From NCBI GenBank assembly GCA_044240045.1, contig JBIIAC010000001.1, forward strand, positions 8,536 to 72,535: a DNA stretch of 64,000 bases, written 5' to 3'. Below, piece by piece: positions 51,210 through 60,276 of the stretch. Position numbers and translations under genes: made by a program. The DNA comes from Ilumatobacteraceae bacterium (lineage in GTDB: Bacteria; Actinomycetota; Acidimicrobiia; Acidimicrobiales; Ilumatobacteraceae). The notes below the pieces were generated by a model, which saw only the letters and a program-made list of their open reading frames with translations, ran no database searches and was not told the DNA's origin. Every line of letters starts with the position of its first letter. Positions within the stretch are counted from its first letter, which is position 1.

Positions 51210-51364
51210 GTGTCACCCCCTTTGAATCGCCCATTTAGAAACCGTATAGGGCAATCCTTGCCGAGAACACAACTTTTTGACAAGCGGCGTGTAATCTTGA
51301 CTTCGTACACCGTATGGTTTCAACAATTGATTTAAGAGCCAAAAGCTAAAAGGAGCTAGCCATC
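51210..51364. promoter_or_regulatory. Divergent promoter region (mpa operon on the minus strand, ferredoxin on the plus strand)
   Basis: 155-nt spacer between divergent genes. AGGAG lies 9 nt upstream of the ferredoxin ATG. Two TTGAC(A/T) hexamers are present, but no confident -10 pairing. Confidence 0.35.
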
Positions 51365-51610
51365 ATGAAAGTTTGGATTGATCAGGATCTTTGCACTGGA
51401 GACGGATTGTGCGAGGAAATTGCCCCTGATGTCTTCACGCTGCTCGACGACGGTTTGGCTTACGTCCGTGAAAAGGACAAGATTTTTGCAACCGCTAAAG
51501 GCAATGCTCAGGGCGCAGAAGGAATGGCCAACTTTGCTGACAGCCAGCTGGATGGTGTCATTGAATCCGCCGAGGAATGTCCCGGCGAATGCATTTTCAT
51601 TGAGCCGTAG
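51365..51610 (+). CDS. Single-cluster ferredoxin (3Fe-4S/4Fe-4S, Fer4_15-like)
   Basis: IDQDLCTGDGLCEEIAPDVF ... ECPGECIF, 81 aa, with a strong Shine-Dalgarno sequence. Confidence 0.85.
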   Translation: MKVWIDQDLCTGDGLCEEIAPDVFTLLDDGLAYVREKDKIFATAKGNAQGAEGMANFADSQLDGVIESAEECPGECIFIEP

Positions 51611-52397
51611 GCGTCTCAACGGGCATTGCATGTCCGATAAATCTTGAAACTGTAAGAAATGCGGTATGCGCAACCATGCGATGGTCTGGTCGAACGGCCA
51701 TGCCCTCGATGTGCCATGAGCGATGTAGCACCTCAATCGTGCGAGATTCGATCCAAGCATCACCCATTGACTTTCGTACCTGTACAGCTTGCGTAATGCT
51801 CGGCGTGTAGGCCACGAGCAAGCCTCCAGTGCGCAACACTTTTTCAGCATGCGGTACGACGTTCCAAGGTTCTGGTAAGTCGAGTACAACTCTGTCGTAA
51901 TCGGATCCGTCGATTCCCTCATAAGAGTCGCGAATCTCTACTGAGTAGCGCTCAAGCGCCTCTTCACCGAGAAATGAACGCACATTTGATGTGGCCCTAT
52001 TTGCGAAGTCTTCGCGGATGTCATATCCCGTGATCGTTGCTCCGTAGCGCAACATTGTCATCGAGAGCGCACCTGATCCAACACCGGTTTCAAAGACCCT
52101 CATGCCAGGACCGATGTCGCCAATCATGCAAATCGGTGCGAGATCCTTTGGGTAAATTACCTGTGCGCCTCGCGGCATCTCTAATACGAAGTCTTCAAGT
52201 GTTGGACGCAAGATTGAGTAGTACGCACCCTTGGTCGACTTTAAGACTGTGCCTTCTTGACTGCCAACAATTTCGTCGTGCTCAAGCACACCTGAATGAC
52301 TGTGGAATTGCCCACCGTCGCTCAACGTTGCTAGGTATCGCCTCTTCTTAGAGTCCAGAATGAGTACTTTCTCCCCCACCGCAAATGCTCGTGCCAT
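51597..52397 (-). CDS. trmI: tRNA (adenine58-N1)-methyltransferase TrmI
   Basis: N-terminal beta domain (GEKVLILDSKKRRY) and the SAM motif VFETGVGSGALS. It neighbours mpa, as Rv2118c does in M. tuberculosis. Confidence 0.88.
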   Translation of the reverse strand: MARAFAVGEKVLILDSKKRRYLATLSDGGQFHSHSGVLEHDEIVGSQEGTVLKSTKGAYYSILRPTLEDFVLEMPRGAQVIYPKDLAPICMIGDIGPGMRVFETGVGSGALSMTMLRYGATITGYDIREDFANRATSNVRSFLGEEALERYSVEIRDSYEGIDGSDYDRVVLDLPEPWNVVPHAEKVLRTGGLLVAYTPSITQAVQVRKSMGDAWIESRTIEVLHRSWHIEGMAVRPDHRMVAHTAFLTVSRFIGHAMPVETPTAQ

Positions 52398-52536
52398 AGT
52401 TAGAAACCTTTGCGCTTGGAATGAGTGATTAAAACTGATTGATCATCTTTGAGTTGAACTCGCGCAACAATTGGTTTGCGTCGATTTCGTACGAATTTGA
52501 GTATTCGCCAGAAGATTTTTAAATACCACACGGACT

Positions 52537-52746
52537 TTAACGACGTATCTCTACAACGCTGCGACGCTTGCGACCGCCGCGACGACCAAGGAGGTAGGCA
52601 ATCAACACGACTACGGCACTCGCTACGGACGCTATGGCAACAATCGACTGTTTCTTGTCAGATGCACGCCCCTGAAGATCATCCTGCAACGACTGAAATT
52701 TTGTTTCCAGGTCTTCCTTGGTTATGCGCGACGCATTGTCGGTCAT
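52537..52746 (-). CDS. Hypothetical small tail-anchored membrane protein
   Basis: 69 aa: an N-terminal charged helix (EDLETKFQSLQDDLQ), one TM segment (IVAIASVASAVVVLIAYLLG), and an Arg-rich tail. Confidence 0.5.
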   Translation of the reverse strand: MTDNASRITKEDLETKFQSLQDDLQGRASDKKQSIVAIASVASAVVVLIAYLLGRRGGRKRRSVVEIRR

Positions 52747-52754
52747 GCTCTACA

Positions 52755-53093
52755 TCAACTTTCTTTATGCAAACTAGGTCGCGCAATACGCGTGAGTGAA
52801 AGCCAAATCATTATGAGGGCTACTCCGACAATGATCATGTACGGAGCCCATGTGAAACCATTCGGTTGACTAAAGACCTCAGCTTGCAAAAGTCGTAGTA
52901 GTCCGATCAATCCGACAACCCCTCCGAATAGCAATGCAGTGGCACCGACGATTCCCCACGCAAGCCAACGACCAACACCTCTCAAAGGGTCAAGTGTCTC
53001 CTGCTTAACGTAATCCCGAACCATTTTGAACAATTCAATGAAGGAAAGCGATGAATCACGCGCCGAAAGGCCGCTTATACGATTGTTATTCAC
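52755..53093 (-). CDS. Hypothetical two-TM membrane protein (architecture like actinobacterial Holin-X/DUF1469-type proteins)
   Basis: Amphipathic N-terminus (FIELFKMVRDYVKQE) followed by two TM helices separated by a short loop. Confidence 0.5.
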   Translation of the reverse strand: MNNNRISGLSARDSSLSFIELFKMVRDYVKQETLDPLRGVGRWLAWGIVGATALLFGGVVGLIGLLRLLQAEVFSQPNGFTWAPYMIIVGVALIMIWLSLTRIARPSLHKES

Positions 53094-53136
53094 ACATCCA
53101 GTAAACCAGCGAGAATGCTATTTTAACTTCGGTGTT

Positions 53137-54597
53137 CTACGGTGCAATATCTGTAACGCTTGGATGCTCAGTCAAGGCTCCTAAAGCGTTTGCAAGACCG
53201 TTCCATATTGGTCGATATTCGCCCTGGTTTGATACACCAGAACCATTCAATATGAGTGCGAAGGTAGCAGCCTTTTCCGGTGCGTAAACGACAAATCCCG
53301 ATAGCGCCTTGGCACCTGTGAGTGTGCCGGTTTTAGCGTGCAGCCTTTCACTTGCCGATGTCTCGCCTAGTAAGTCTCGAAGAGTGCCAGTTTGACCTGC
53401 GATTGCGAGACCATTGCCCAATAAGCCAAACCCTCCATCTCGTTCGAGCACAGCAGTGATCAGTGAGCAAGTTGCGCGGTTGCCACGATCGAGACCTGAA
53501 CCATCGACAATTGTTAAACCATCCACTGGAAGTCCAAGTTCTAGCAACACAGATTGAACAACTTGGGCGCCAGCAATTCTCGTACCTGTTGACAAACGCG
53601 CTAGACCAATTTCCTTGAGTACCAACTCTGCCGTGTTGTTGTCACTGTTGGTCAGCATCTCGGCTATCACGTTGCTCAATGGTGCAGAATCGATACTTGC
53701 TACAACAGGCAAGTCGGCTGAGGCCGTTCCGACCTTTGCGGTTCCCTTCACAACAATCCCACGCTCATTAAGCAGACGCAAAAATTCCTGAGCCGCAGAC
53801 AAAGCGGGTTGATCTGGCTTGATTGGAGAAGCAAGGACTACGCCGTCATTCAACATCAAGGCACCTAAGGGTCCGACTTCTGTTGTTCGGACACCCAATC
53901 CAAGTGTTGGCGAAAATCTTTCTGTGTCGTAACGACTTTCGTCGCCAACAATATTTCCAGTGATCTCCGTGATGCCAGCAGTCACGAGTGCATCAATAAG
54001 TGAACCGATATTGGTGGGATAAAGAGTTGGATAAGACTCCGTTAATGGATATCCAGCTGTTGAAAGCAGTGGATCGCCTCCCCCAACGAGCCAGAGATCT
54101 CCGACAATTTGATTTGCTTCGTTAAGACCGACAAGTTTTGTTGTGAAAACAAAATCGGGTCCTAGAACTTCGACCGCAGCAACTGCAGTGAGAAGTTTCA
54201 TATTGCTTGCAGGAATTACCGACAGATTTGGCTTAATAGATGTAATACGTTGTCCTTCAACAGAGACAATGAGGCATGACTGATCGGGGAAATTCTTGAT
54301 CTTCTCCGTGAGCGAACTGACGAGTCCACCAATTCGAATCTCAGTTGAAAGAATCGCAGGTAAACGTCGTGCGTTGAGCAGCGATGCGTTTGGTGAAACA
54401 ACTTGCGCGATCGTGCGGTTGCTGGAAACCGAATTTCCGATGTCATCAACAAATTTGTATGCGACACCGAGAATGGAGGCACCAACAATGAGCACAGTTG
54501 AGAGCAAGGTTGCTACGACTCGAACGGAACCGAGCCGAACTCTGTTATTTGCCCGTTTCATTGATTGAGAAATATCTCCGCCACTCCCCTGGTTCAT
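53137..54597 (-). CDS. dacB: D-alanyl-D-alanine carboxypeptidase/endopeptidase, PBP4 (S13) family
   Basis: N-terminal TM anchor, SxxK (PASNMKL), SDN-like NSDNN, and KTG (AKTGTL). ATGA overlap with the upstream gene. Confidence 0.85.
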   Translation of the reverse strand: MNQGSGGDISQSMKRANNRVRLGSVRVVATLLSTVLIVGASILGVAYKFVDDIGNSVSSNRTIAQVVSPNASLLNARRLPAILSTEIRIGGLVSSLTEKIKNFPDQSCLIVSVEGQRITSIKPNLSVIPASNMKLLTAVAAVEVLGPDFVFTTKLVGLNEANQIVGDLWLVGGGDPLLSTAGYPLTESYPTLYPTNIGSLIDALVTAGITEITGNIVGDESRYDTERFSPTLGLGVRTTEVGPLGALMLNDGVVLASPIKPDQPALSAAQEFLRLLNERGIVVKGTAKVGTASADLPVVASIDSAPLSNVIAEMLTNSDNNTAELVLKEIGLARLSTGTRIAGAQVVQSVLLELGLPVDGLTIVDGSGLDRGNRATCSLITAVLERDGGFGLLGNGLAIAGQTGTLRDLLGETSASERLHAKTGTLTGAKALSGFVVYAPEKAATFALILNGSGVSNQGEYRPIWNGLANALGALTEHPSVTDIAP

Positions 54598-56732
54598 CGC
54601 GCGACTCCAATAAATTTTGCATATTTGTACATGTGCCCGAGTGCCGTAGCGGCACGAGTTCCACTTGCATAACAGAGGCGCCCTGACTCTCTAACGGTTG
54701 CTGGACCGGGGTTCAACGGGTCGGCAACCGCAAGTTCTGTTGCCACCAGCACAGGCTTGCCGTACTTCACTGAACACTCAGCCGCTGCTTGAGCAAAACG
54801 TTCATCTTGCTTGCGGTGATATGCAACGATTCTTTCCAAACCATGGTCGGGATAAAAATGACCTTCACTCATCATGCGAGCCTGGTTGCTTTGTATTCCG
54901 AGACCAAGAAAAAGAACAGAATCCACATCATCGTGGGCGCAGATCAGATCGAGTATCGCTGGAATCGTGTCGCGTGTTTCGCCGCCCGCACAGTCAATTG
55001 GATTATTTCGACTCCAACGTGGTGGCAACAAATTATCCAGTGATTTCACCAATTCATCTGGAAGTGCAATCAGATCAAGCACACCGTCTTGAGCGATAGC
55101 GTCCGAAGTTACGACTCCCCAACCACCAACTGTTGTAAGTACAACTACCCGATTGCCTCGCGGCAGAGGTTGTGTGGCAAAACTTGCTGCAACATCGAAA
55201 CCCTCCTCAACAGTTCTTGCGCGAGAAACACCTGTGCTACGACACAAGCCATCAAAAATCTTGTCATTACTAGCCAGTGCGCCTGTGTGACTCTGTGCAG
55301 CCCGCGATCCGGCATCGGTAGCACCACCTTTCACGACTACGAGGGGTTTGCTCTTTATTGCAGCAGCAAACGAAGACTCAAGAGCCTTGCCATCGTTGAC
55401 ACTCTCGATGTACGCCAAACTGACACGAGTCTCACTGTCTTGCGAAAACCATTCCAAGTATTGGCCAACTGAAATCTGTGCAGCATTGCCTGCAGATATT
55501 GCTCGAGCTATTCCGACTCCGGTTTGTCGCGCATAGTTGAGGAAACTTGAAACGAAATTGCCACTTTGACTTGCGACTGATATTCCGCCGTCTGGAGGGT
55601 ATGGTCCAACGATCTGGGCGCACATTGAAACCGGTGTGCTGACAACTCCTTGACCGTTTGGACCTGCAATCAACATGTCGAGATCGGCAGCAAGTTGAAC
55701 GACATCTCGCTCCGCTTGTTCGCCTTGAGAGCCAGCCTCTCTGTACCCTGCTGACGCGATGAAGGCTGCGCGTATGCCACGTTCGGCGCATTGGCGGAGC
55801 AACTGAGGGTTTGCGTTCGCGGGTGTGCAAAAAAATGCAAGATCAATTTGATTAAGTGGCAAATCTTCAATAGATGAAACTGTCTGAATTCCTAAAATAA
55901 GTTCGTTTTGCAAATTAGTCGCGTACACCTGGCCAGCGAATTTACTTGACAAAATATTGTGCAAGGATACGAAACCAAATTTGCCAGGATGCGAAGAGGC
56001 GCCAACAACAACTATTGCTCGCGGAGAAAACAATGCACGATAATGTTCAGCTTTGGGGACAAAGTTATTAGGTGAATTCCCTACTACGTCATTCGTTTCG
56101 CGGATCTCAACGAGTGCATCAACTGCAACCAACGTGCCATCCCGCTGCACGATCAGTGGGTTGATGTCAATCGACACAATTTCGGGGTGCGCATCACATG
56201 CTGCACTGAGCGCAACGAGTGCTCGAGCTAAATGTTCAGTATCAACAGCCGTCTCACCTCGGAAATCCTTCAAAATTGCTTGATGTTTAAGTGCATCGAT
56301 CATTCCGTTGGCGGCAACTACATCTATTGGCATAGGGGCAAATACAACATCCTGGATAACTTCGGCGAAAATGCCACCAACACCAAGCATCGCTGTGTTT
56401 CCGAAAGCTGGATCATGGACCATGCCGACTATGAGTTCCCGGCTTCCTTCAATCATCTTTGCGATGAGTAGCTGCACTGCGCCATCCTCTGGAGTGGCCA
56501 TAGCCAGTAATTCACTGGCTGCTCGTTCAACTGCAGCACGGTCAGATAGTTTTAGGCGTACAAGACCCCGTTCGGTTTTATGAGCAATCGAATCACCATT
56601 GAGCTTTGCCACAACTGGGTAGCCCATTCCATCCGCTGCGTCTCCCGCCGCGCTAGGTGTCGCGACAATTGCTTCAATGGCGAATGGGAAACCAAATGGC
56701 GTGAGTAACTGCTTAGACAACGCTTCAGACAT
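54594..56732 (-). CDS. ADP-forming acyl/acetyl-CoA synthetase family protein, fused with the ATP-grasp domain first
   Basis: The N-terminal roughly 210 aa looks like ATP-grasp (GYPVVAKL...HKTERGLV...DINPLIV). This is followed by a CoA-binding Rossmann motif (PRAIVVVGASSHPGKFG) and a succinyl-CoA-ligase-like domain. ATG at 56732 is preferred. Confidence 0.78.
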   Translation of the reverse strand: MSEALSKQLLTPFGFPFAIEAIVATPSAAGDAADGMGYPVVAKLNGDSIAHKTERGLVRLKLSDRAAVERAASELLAMATPEDGAVQLLIAKMIEGSRELIVGMVHDPAFGNTAMLGVGGIFAEVIQDVVFAPMPIDVVAANGMIDALKHQAILKDFRGETAVDTEHLARALVALSAACDAHPEIVSIDINPLIVQRDGTLVAVDALVEIRETNDVVGNSPNNFVPKAEHYRALFSPRAIVVVGASSHPGKFGFVSLHNILSSKFAGQVYATNLQNELILGIQTVSSIEDLPLNQIDLAFFCTPANANPQLLRQCAERGIRAAFIASAGYREAGSQGEQAERDVVQLAADLDMLIAGPNGQGVVSTPVSMCAQIVGPYPPDGGISVASQSGNFVSSFLNYARQTGVGIARAISAGNAAQISVGQYLEWFSQDSETRVSLAYIESVNDGKALESSFAAAIKSKPLVVVKGGATDAGSRAAQSHTGALASNDKIFDGLCRSTGVSRARTVEEGFDVAASFATQPLPRGNRVVVLTTVGGWGVVTSDAIAQDGVLDLIALPDELVKSLDNLLPPRWSRNNPIDCAGGETRDTIPAILDLICAHDDVDSVLFLGLGIQSNQARMMSEGHFYPDHGLERIVAYHRKQDERFAQAAAECSVKYGKPVLVATELAVADPLNPGPATVRESGRLCYASGTRAATALGHMYKYAKFIGVAR

Positions 56733-56791
56733 CGTTCGTTGTTTAGGCACAACTGAACACATTACTCAAACAACCACTAATTTGGATCGTT

Positions 56792-57880
56792 ATGGGGCAA
56801 ATATCCGCTACGAGAGCATTGGTGAATGGAGCTCTTTGCGGCCCGACAAGTGTGACTTGGGATGCGTCAGGCTTGATCACGAGTGTCTCCAATATTCAAG
56901 CAACTGAGGCGGAGTTTGATGCACTTGTCGCTCCTGGGTTCATTGATTTGCAAGTTAATGGATTCGGTTCATTTAATGTTTCCTCGGCCGACCTAGTGCA
57001 GTGGTCTCAAGTTGATCAATATCTTTTGAATTCTGGAGTGACTAGTTGGTGTCCAACATTGGTGAGTTCACCACTCAAAAAATTGGATTCCGCAATTCAA
57101 ACAATCAATTCACAAATGCAGATCAGAAACTCATCACAGGGAATCGCAAAAGCCTCAATCATCGGAGCCCACTTGGAGGGTCCGTTTCTAGGTGCTGCTA
57201 TCGGTGCACACAATCGGCAAAATGTGGTCCTAATCGATTTACATTGGTTGTCAGAATTGCCCGCTTGTGTCGCCATTATGACGATTGGTGCAGAGCAAAA
57301 AGAATCTGTTGCTGCAATTCGTCTGTTGCGCGAATTAGGGGTCGCAGTCTCGCTTGGTCACACGCGCGCCTCGGAGCAAGAGTATTTATTGGCCAAACAG
57401 GCTGGTGCACAAATGGTGACGCATCTGTATAACGCGATGTCTGGTGTTCACCATAGAGATCAGGGTGTAGCGCTAAACGTGCTTACCGACGATGACATGT
57501 ATGCGTCGATCATTGTTGATCTCGAACACGTGTCGGCACGCGCCGTGCAGCTTGCATTCATTGCCAAGCCCAACAGAATGATTTTGGTCACGGATTCTGT
57601 CCAATCAAATTCGAGCTCGGCTCCAAGACTTAGTGACGGCACACTTGCCGGAAGCGTCCTCACAATGGATCAGGCTCTGCGCAATGCTGTCTTTCATTGT
57701 GCGGTTCCATTGGAACACGCCTTAGTAAGTGCGTCAAAACACCCAGCAAATGTCTTGGGGCTGCAAGACCGGGGCGATATTGCGACCGATATGAGGGCAG
57801 ACCTTGTTCTACTCAGAGATGATCTCACAGTTATTCAAACAGTAAGTAATGGGCTTTTGAATATTGCCTGCAACGGTTAA
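56792..57880 (+). CDS. nagA: N-acetylglucosamine-6-phosphate deacetylase
   Basis: GFIDLQVNG, AHLEGPF, SLGHT and HLYNAMS motifs. Confidence 0.88.
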   Translation: MGQISATRALVNGALCGPTSVTWDASGLITSVSNIQATEAEFDALVAPGFIDLQVNGFGSFNVSSADLVQWSQVDQYLLNSGVTSWCPTLVSSPLKKLDSAIQTINSQMQIRNSSQGIAKASIIGAHLEGPFLGAAIGAHNRQNVVLIDLHWLSELPACVAIMTIGAEQKESVAAIRLLRELGVAVSLGHTRASEQEYLLAKQAGAQMVTHLYNAMSGVHHRDQGVALNVLTDDDMYASIIVDLEHVSARAVQLAFIAKPNRMILVTDSVQSNSSSAPRLSDGTLAGSVLTMDQALRNAVFHCAVPLEHALVSASKHPANVLGLQDRGDIATDMRADLVLLRDDLTVIQTVSNGLLNIACNG

Positions 57881-57889
57881 AGTCACTAC

Positions 57890-58288
57890 GTGCACATTGT
57901 CTCCGCTTTATTTATTGACACGTTTGAAATGAAGCAAGCTCCTGGGCCGGCTACGCGTATCGATATGACCGGGGTCTTTTTTTCACTTGCAGCGCCAAGT
58001 CCTGTGCCGGTGATCATAGAGCCTCATCTCATGGCTTTAATCTATTGCCAAGCAAACGAACAAGGTTCAGGTGTATTCGAAGTCATCTTCCGAGACGGTT
58101 TCGATGAGGACTCGGAACAGTTAGCTCGTAACGTCAGCCCATTCACCGTAGAACCAGGCAAATTCACTTACCGACTAGTTCGGGGGGCATTAGAACTGCA
58201 AAAATACGGCCTAATTTTCGCTCACTGTCGGATAGATAAGCAAGATTGGCACAAAGTTCCGCTGACTTTGCTTCCACCAGTCGCCTAG
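57890..58288 (+). CDS. Hypothetical protein (no recognisable motif)
   Basis: 132-aa ORF with a GTG start 9 nt after the nagA stop, ending about 20 nt before the likely tkt start. Coding-like, beta-rich sequence. Confidence 0.5.
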   Translation: MHIVSALFIDTFEMKQAPGPATRIDMTGVFFSLAAPSPVPVIIEPHLMALIYCQANEQGSGVFEVIFRDGFDEDSEQLARNVSPFTVEPGKFTYRLVRGALELQKYGLIFAHCRIDKQDWHKVPLTLLPPVA

Positions 58289-58308
58289 AAGCAACTACAG
58301 TCGCCGCC

Positions 58309-60276
58309 GTGAATACTTTGTCCCGTCTCACTCCTGAACTAGACCACGAAATTATCTCCATCGCACGTGGCATAGCCATGGACGCTCCTCTGAAAGCAAA
58401 AAGTGGACATCAGGGCACTGCAATGGCTCTCGCTCCCCTTGCGCATGTGTTGTACTCCCGAATCATGCAACATTCACCCCAGGATCCACTCTGGCGCAAC
58501 CGCGATCGTTTTATTCTTTCCGCAGGTCATGCTTCAATCTTGCAATATGCAATGTTGTTTCTCAATGGATATGGTCTCGAATTATCTGACTTGCAATCAT
58601 TTCGTCAATTTGATTCGCTCACCCCAGGACACCCTGAGGCTGGTCACACTGCTGGTGTTGAAGTTACAACAGGTCCGTTAGGACAAGGATTCGCCAACGC
58701 AGTAGGCATAGCGATCGCAGAAAGCAATTTGCGAGCACGTTTTGGTTCCGAGTTGATGGACCATCACACATTTGTGGTTGCTGGAGATGGTTGTTTGATG
58801 GAGGGCATCAGCCATGAGGCTGCTTCACTGGCTGGACACCTCAATCTCGACAGGCTTATTTGTGTCTACGACGACAACAAGATCACGATTGACGGAAGCA
58901 CATCTTTGACTTGCTCCGATGACGTGGTTGCGCGATTTGAGTCGTACGGATGGAATGTTGTGCAACTTGGAGAAATTGGTGAGGATCTGGACGCGCTCGA
59001 AGTTGCACTCAATAATGCTAAGCAACATCGGGGTTCGCCTACTTTGTGTGTGTTGAGATCTCATATCGGTTTCCCATCTCCGGATTTCACTGACAGTCAT
59101 GAGGCACACGGCAATCCGTTCCTCGCCGAACACGTTGAGCGAACAAAGGCCGTGCTCAACATTCCGAATGAACCATTCTGGGCACCCGCAAAGACTGTTG
59201 CCGCAGCGCGAGAATATGCGAAGCAGAGATCATCTCAGGTGGTGGCAGCATATAAATCAATCAAGATGAATACAGAATTTGAAGCGTGTTGGAACCCTCA
59301 AAAAAGTGACAAATGGAAGTCGAAAATTCCTTCATTTGAAACTGATTCGACGCTTGCAACTCGTCAAGCAATGCCGATGGCTATTAGTGCCAGCTTGGAA
59401 GATCTTCCTGGTTTGATGCTTGGGTCTGCGGATCTCACCGGCAACACAGGTGTAAAAATTGGAGCGCTCAGTGCTCACTCGGCTCAACATCCTGAGGGAC
59501 AGCAGGTCTACTTTGGTATACGTGAACATGCGATGGCCGCAGCAATGGTCGGAATGGCTCTGCATGGAGGCATTCTTCCTGTTGGGGGTACATTCTTTGT
59601 TTTTGCCGATTACATGCGTCCATCAATTCGATTGGCGGCGCTTTCTCACGCAAAGGTAATTTTTGTTTTCTCACACGATTCGGTTGGTGTGGGTGAAGAT
59701 GGTCCAACTCACCAACCAATTGAGCACCTTGCTTCATTGCGCATCATTCCCAATCTGCATGTAGTTCGACCTGCCGACTCAAACGAAACGGCGCAAGCAT
59801 GGCGGGATGCTGCCGATCACGATGGGCCGACCGCCTTGATACTGAGTCGACAATCCCTTCCGATCACGACGGATGGCTCAGCCATCGCAACAGGTGCAGC
59901 GGTTGTGCGACAGGGCGATAAACCAGCTCAAGTAATGCTCGTCGGAACAGGTAGCGAAGTGTCACTCTGTGTCCAGGCTGCCGAACAACTTCAACAGTTG
60001 GGCATATCCGCATATGTTGTGAGCATGCCGTCTTGGGACCGCTTTGACACGATGACTAGTCAGTTCAAATTGAATGTATTCCCGCGCGGTGTTCCAGTCT
60101 TGTCCGTCGAGGCTGGAAGCACATTCGGCTGGTCTAAATACGCCGATGAATCCATTGGAATTGATCGCTTTGGTGCAAGTGCGCCTGGCAATGTGGTGAT
60201 GCAAAAGCTTGGATTGAACGTCCAACATGTAGTTGATAGCGCAATTGCGTTGATTGCATCTGATAAACAAGACTGA
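58309..60276 (+). CDS. tkt: Transketolase
   Basis: SGHQGTAMALAPL (TPP-binding His), GDGCLMEGISHEA, and GEDGPTHQPIEHLASLR. I prefer the GTG at 58309 over the TTG at 58246. Confidence 0.93.
   Translation: MNTLSRLTPELDHEIISIARGIAMDAPLKAKSGHQGTAMALAPLAHVLYSRIMQHSPQDPLWRNRDRFILSAGHASILQYAMLFLNGYGLELSDLQSFRQFDSLTPGHPEAGHTAGVEVTTGPLGQGFANAVGIAIAESNLRARFGSELMDHHTFVVAGDGCLMEGISHEAASLAGHLNLDRLICVYDDNKITIDGSTSLTCSDDVVARFESYGWNVVQLGEIGEDLDALEVALNNAKQHRGSPTLCVLRSHIGFPSPDFTDSHEAHGNPFLAEHVERTKAVLNIPNEPFWAPAKTVAAAREYAKQRSSQVVAAYKSIKMNTEFEACWNPQKSDKWKSKIPSFETDSTLATRQAMPMAISASLEDLPGLMLGSADLTGNTGVKIGALSAHSAQHPEGQQVYFGIREHAMAAAMVGMALHGGILPVGGTFFVFADYMRPSIRLAALSHAKVIFVFSHDSVGVGEDGPTHQPIEHLASLRIIPNLHVVRPADSNETAQAWRDAADHDGPTALILSRQSLPITTDGSAIATGAAVVRQGDKPAQVMLVGTGSEVSLCVQAAEQLQQLGISAYVVSMPSWDRFDTMTSQFKLNVFPRGVPVLSVEAGSTFGWSKYADESIGIDRFGASAPGNVVMQKLGLNVQHVVDSAIALIASDKQD

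Noticed and set aside
51356-51922. 188-aa minus-strand ORF spanning the ferredoxin gene and the trmI 3' end
   Set aside because: It overlaps two motif-supported genes: a ferredoxin with a good Shine-Dalgarno sequence, and trmI. It has no motifs of its own.
52398-52536. 139-nt spacer upstream of trmI with a 10-bp palindrome (ttcgtacgaa) as an ncRNA or operator
   Set aside because: The palindrome is short and isolated, with no stable extended structure and no conserved-looking motif. The spacer is most simply the trmI promoter plus the 3' end of the small-membrane-protein operon.
52755-54597. Holin-like membrane protein plus a peptidoglycan peptidase as a prophage lysis cassette
   Set aside because: There are no phage structural, terminase, integrase or endolysin-type genes nearby. 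The peptidase is a housekeeping-type PBP4, and the genes sit within core synteny near trmI and mpa.
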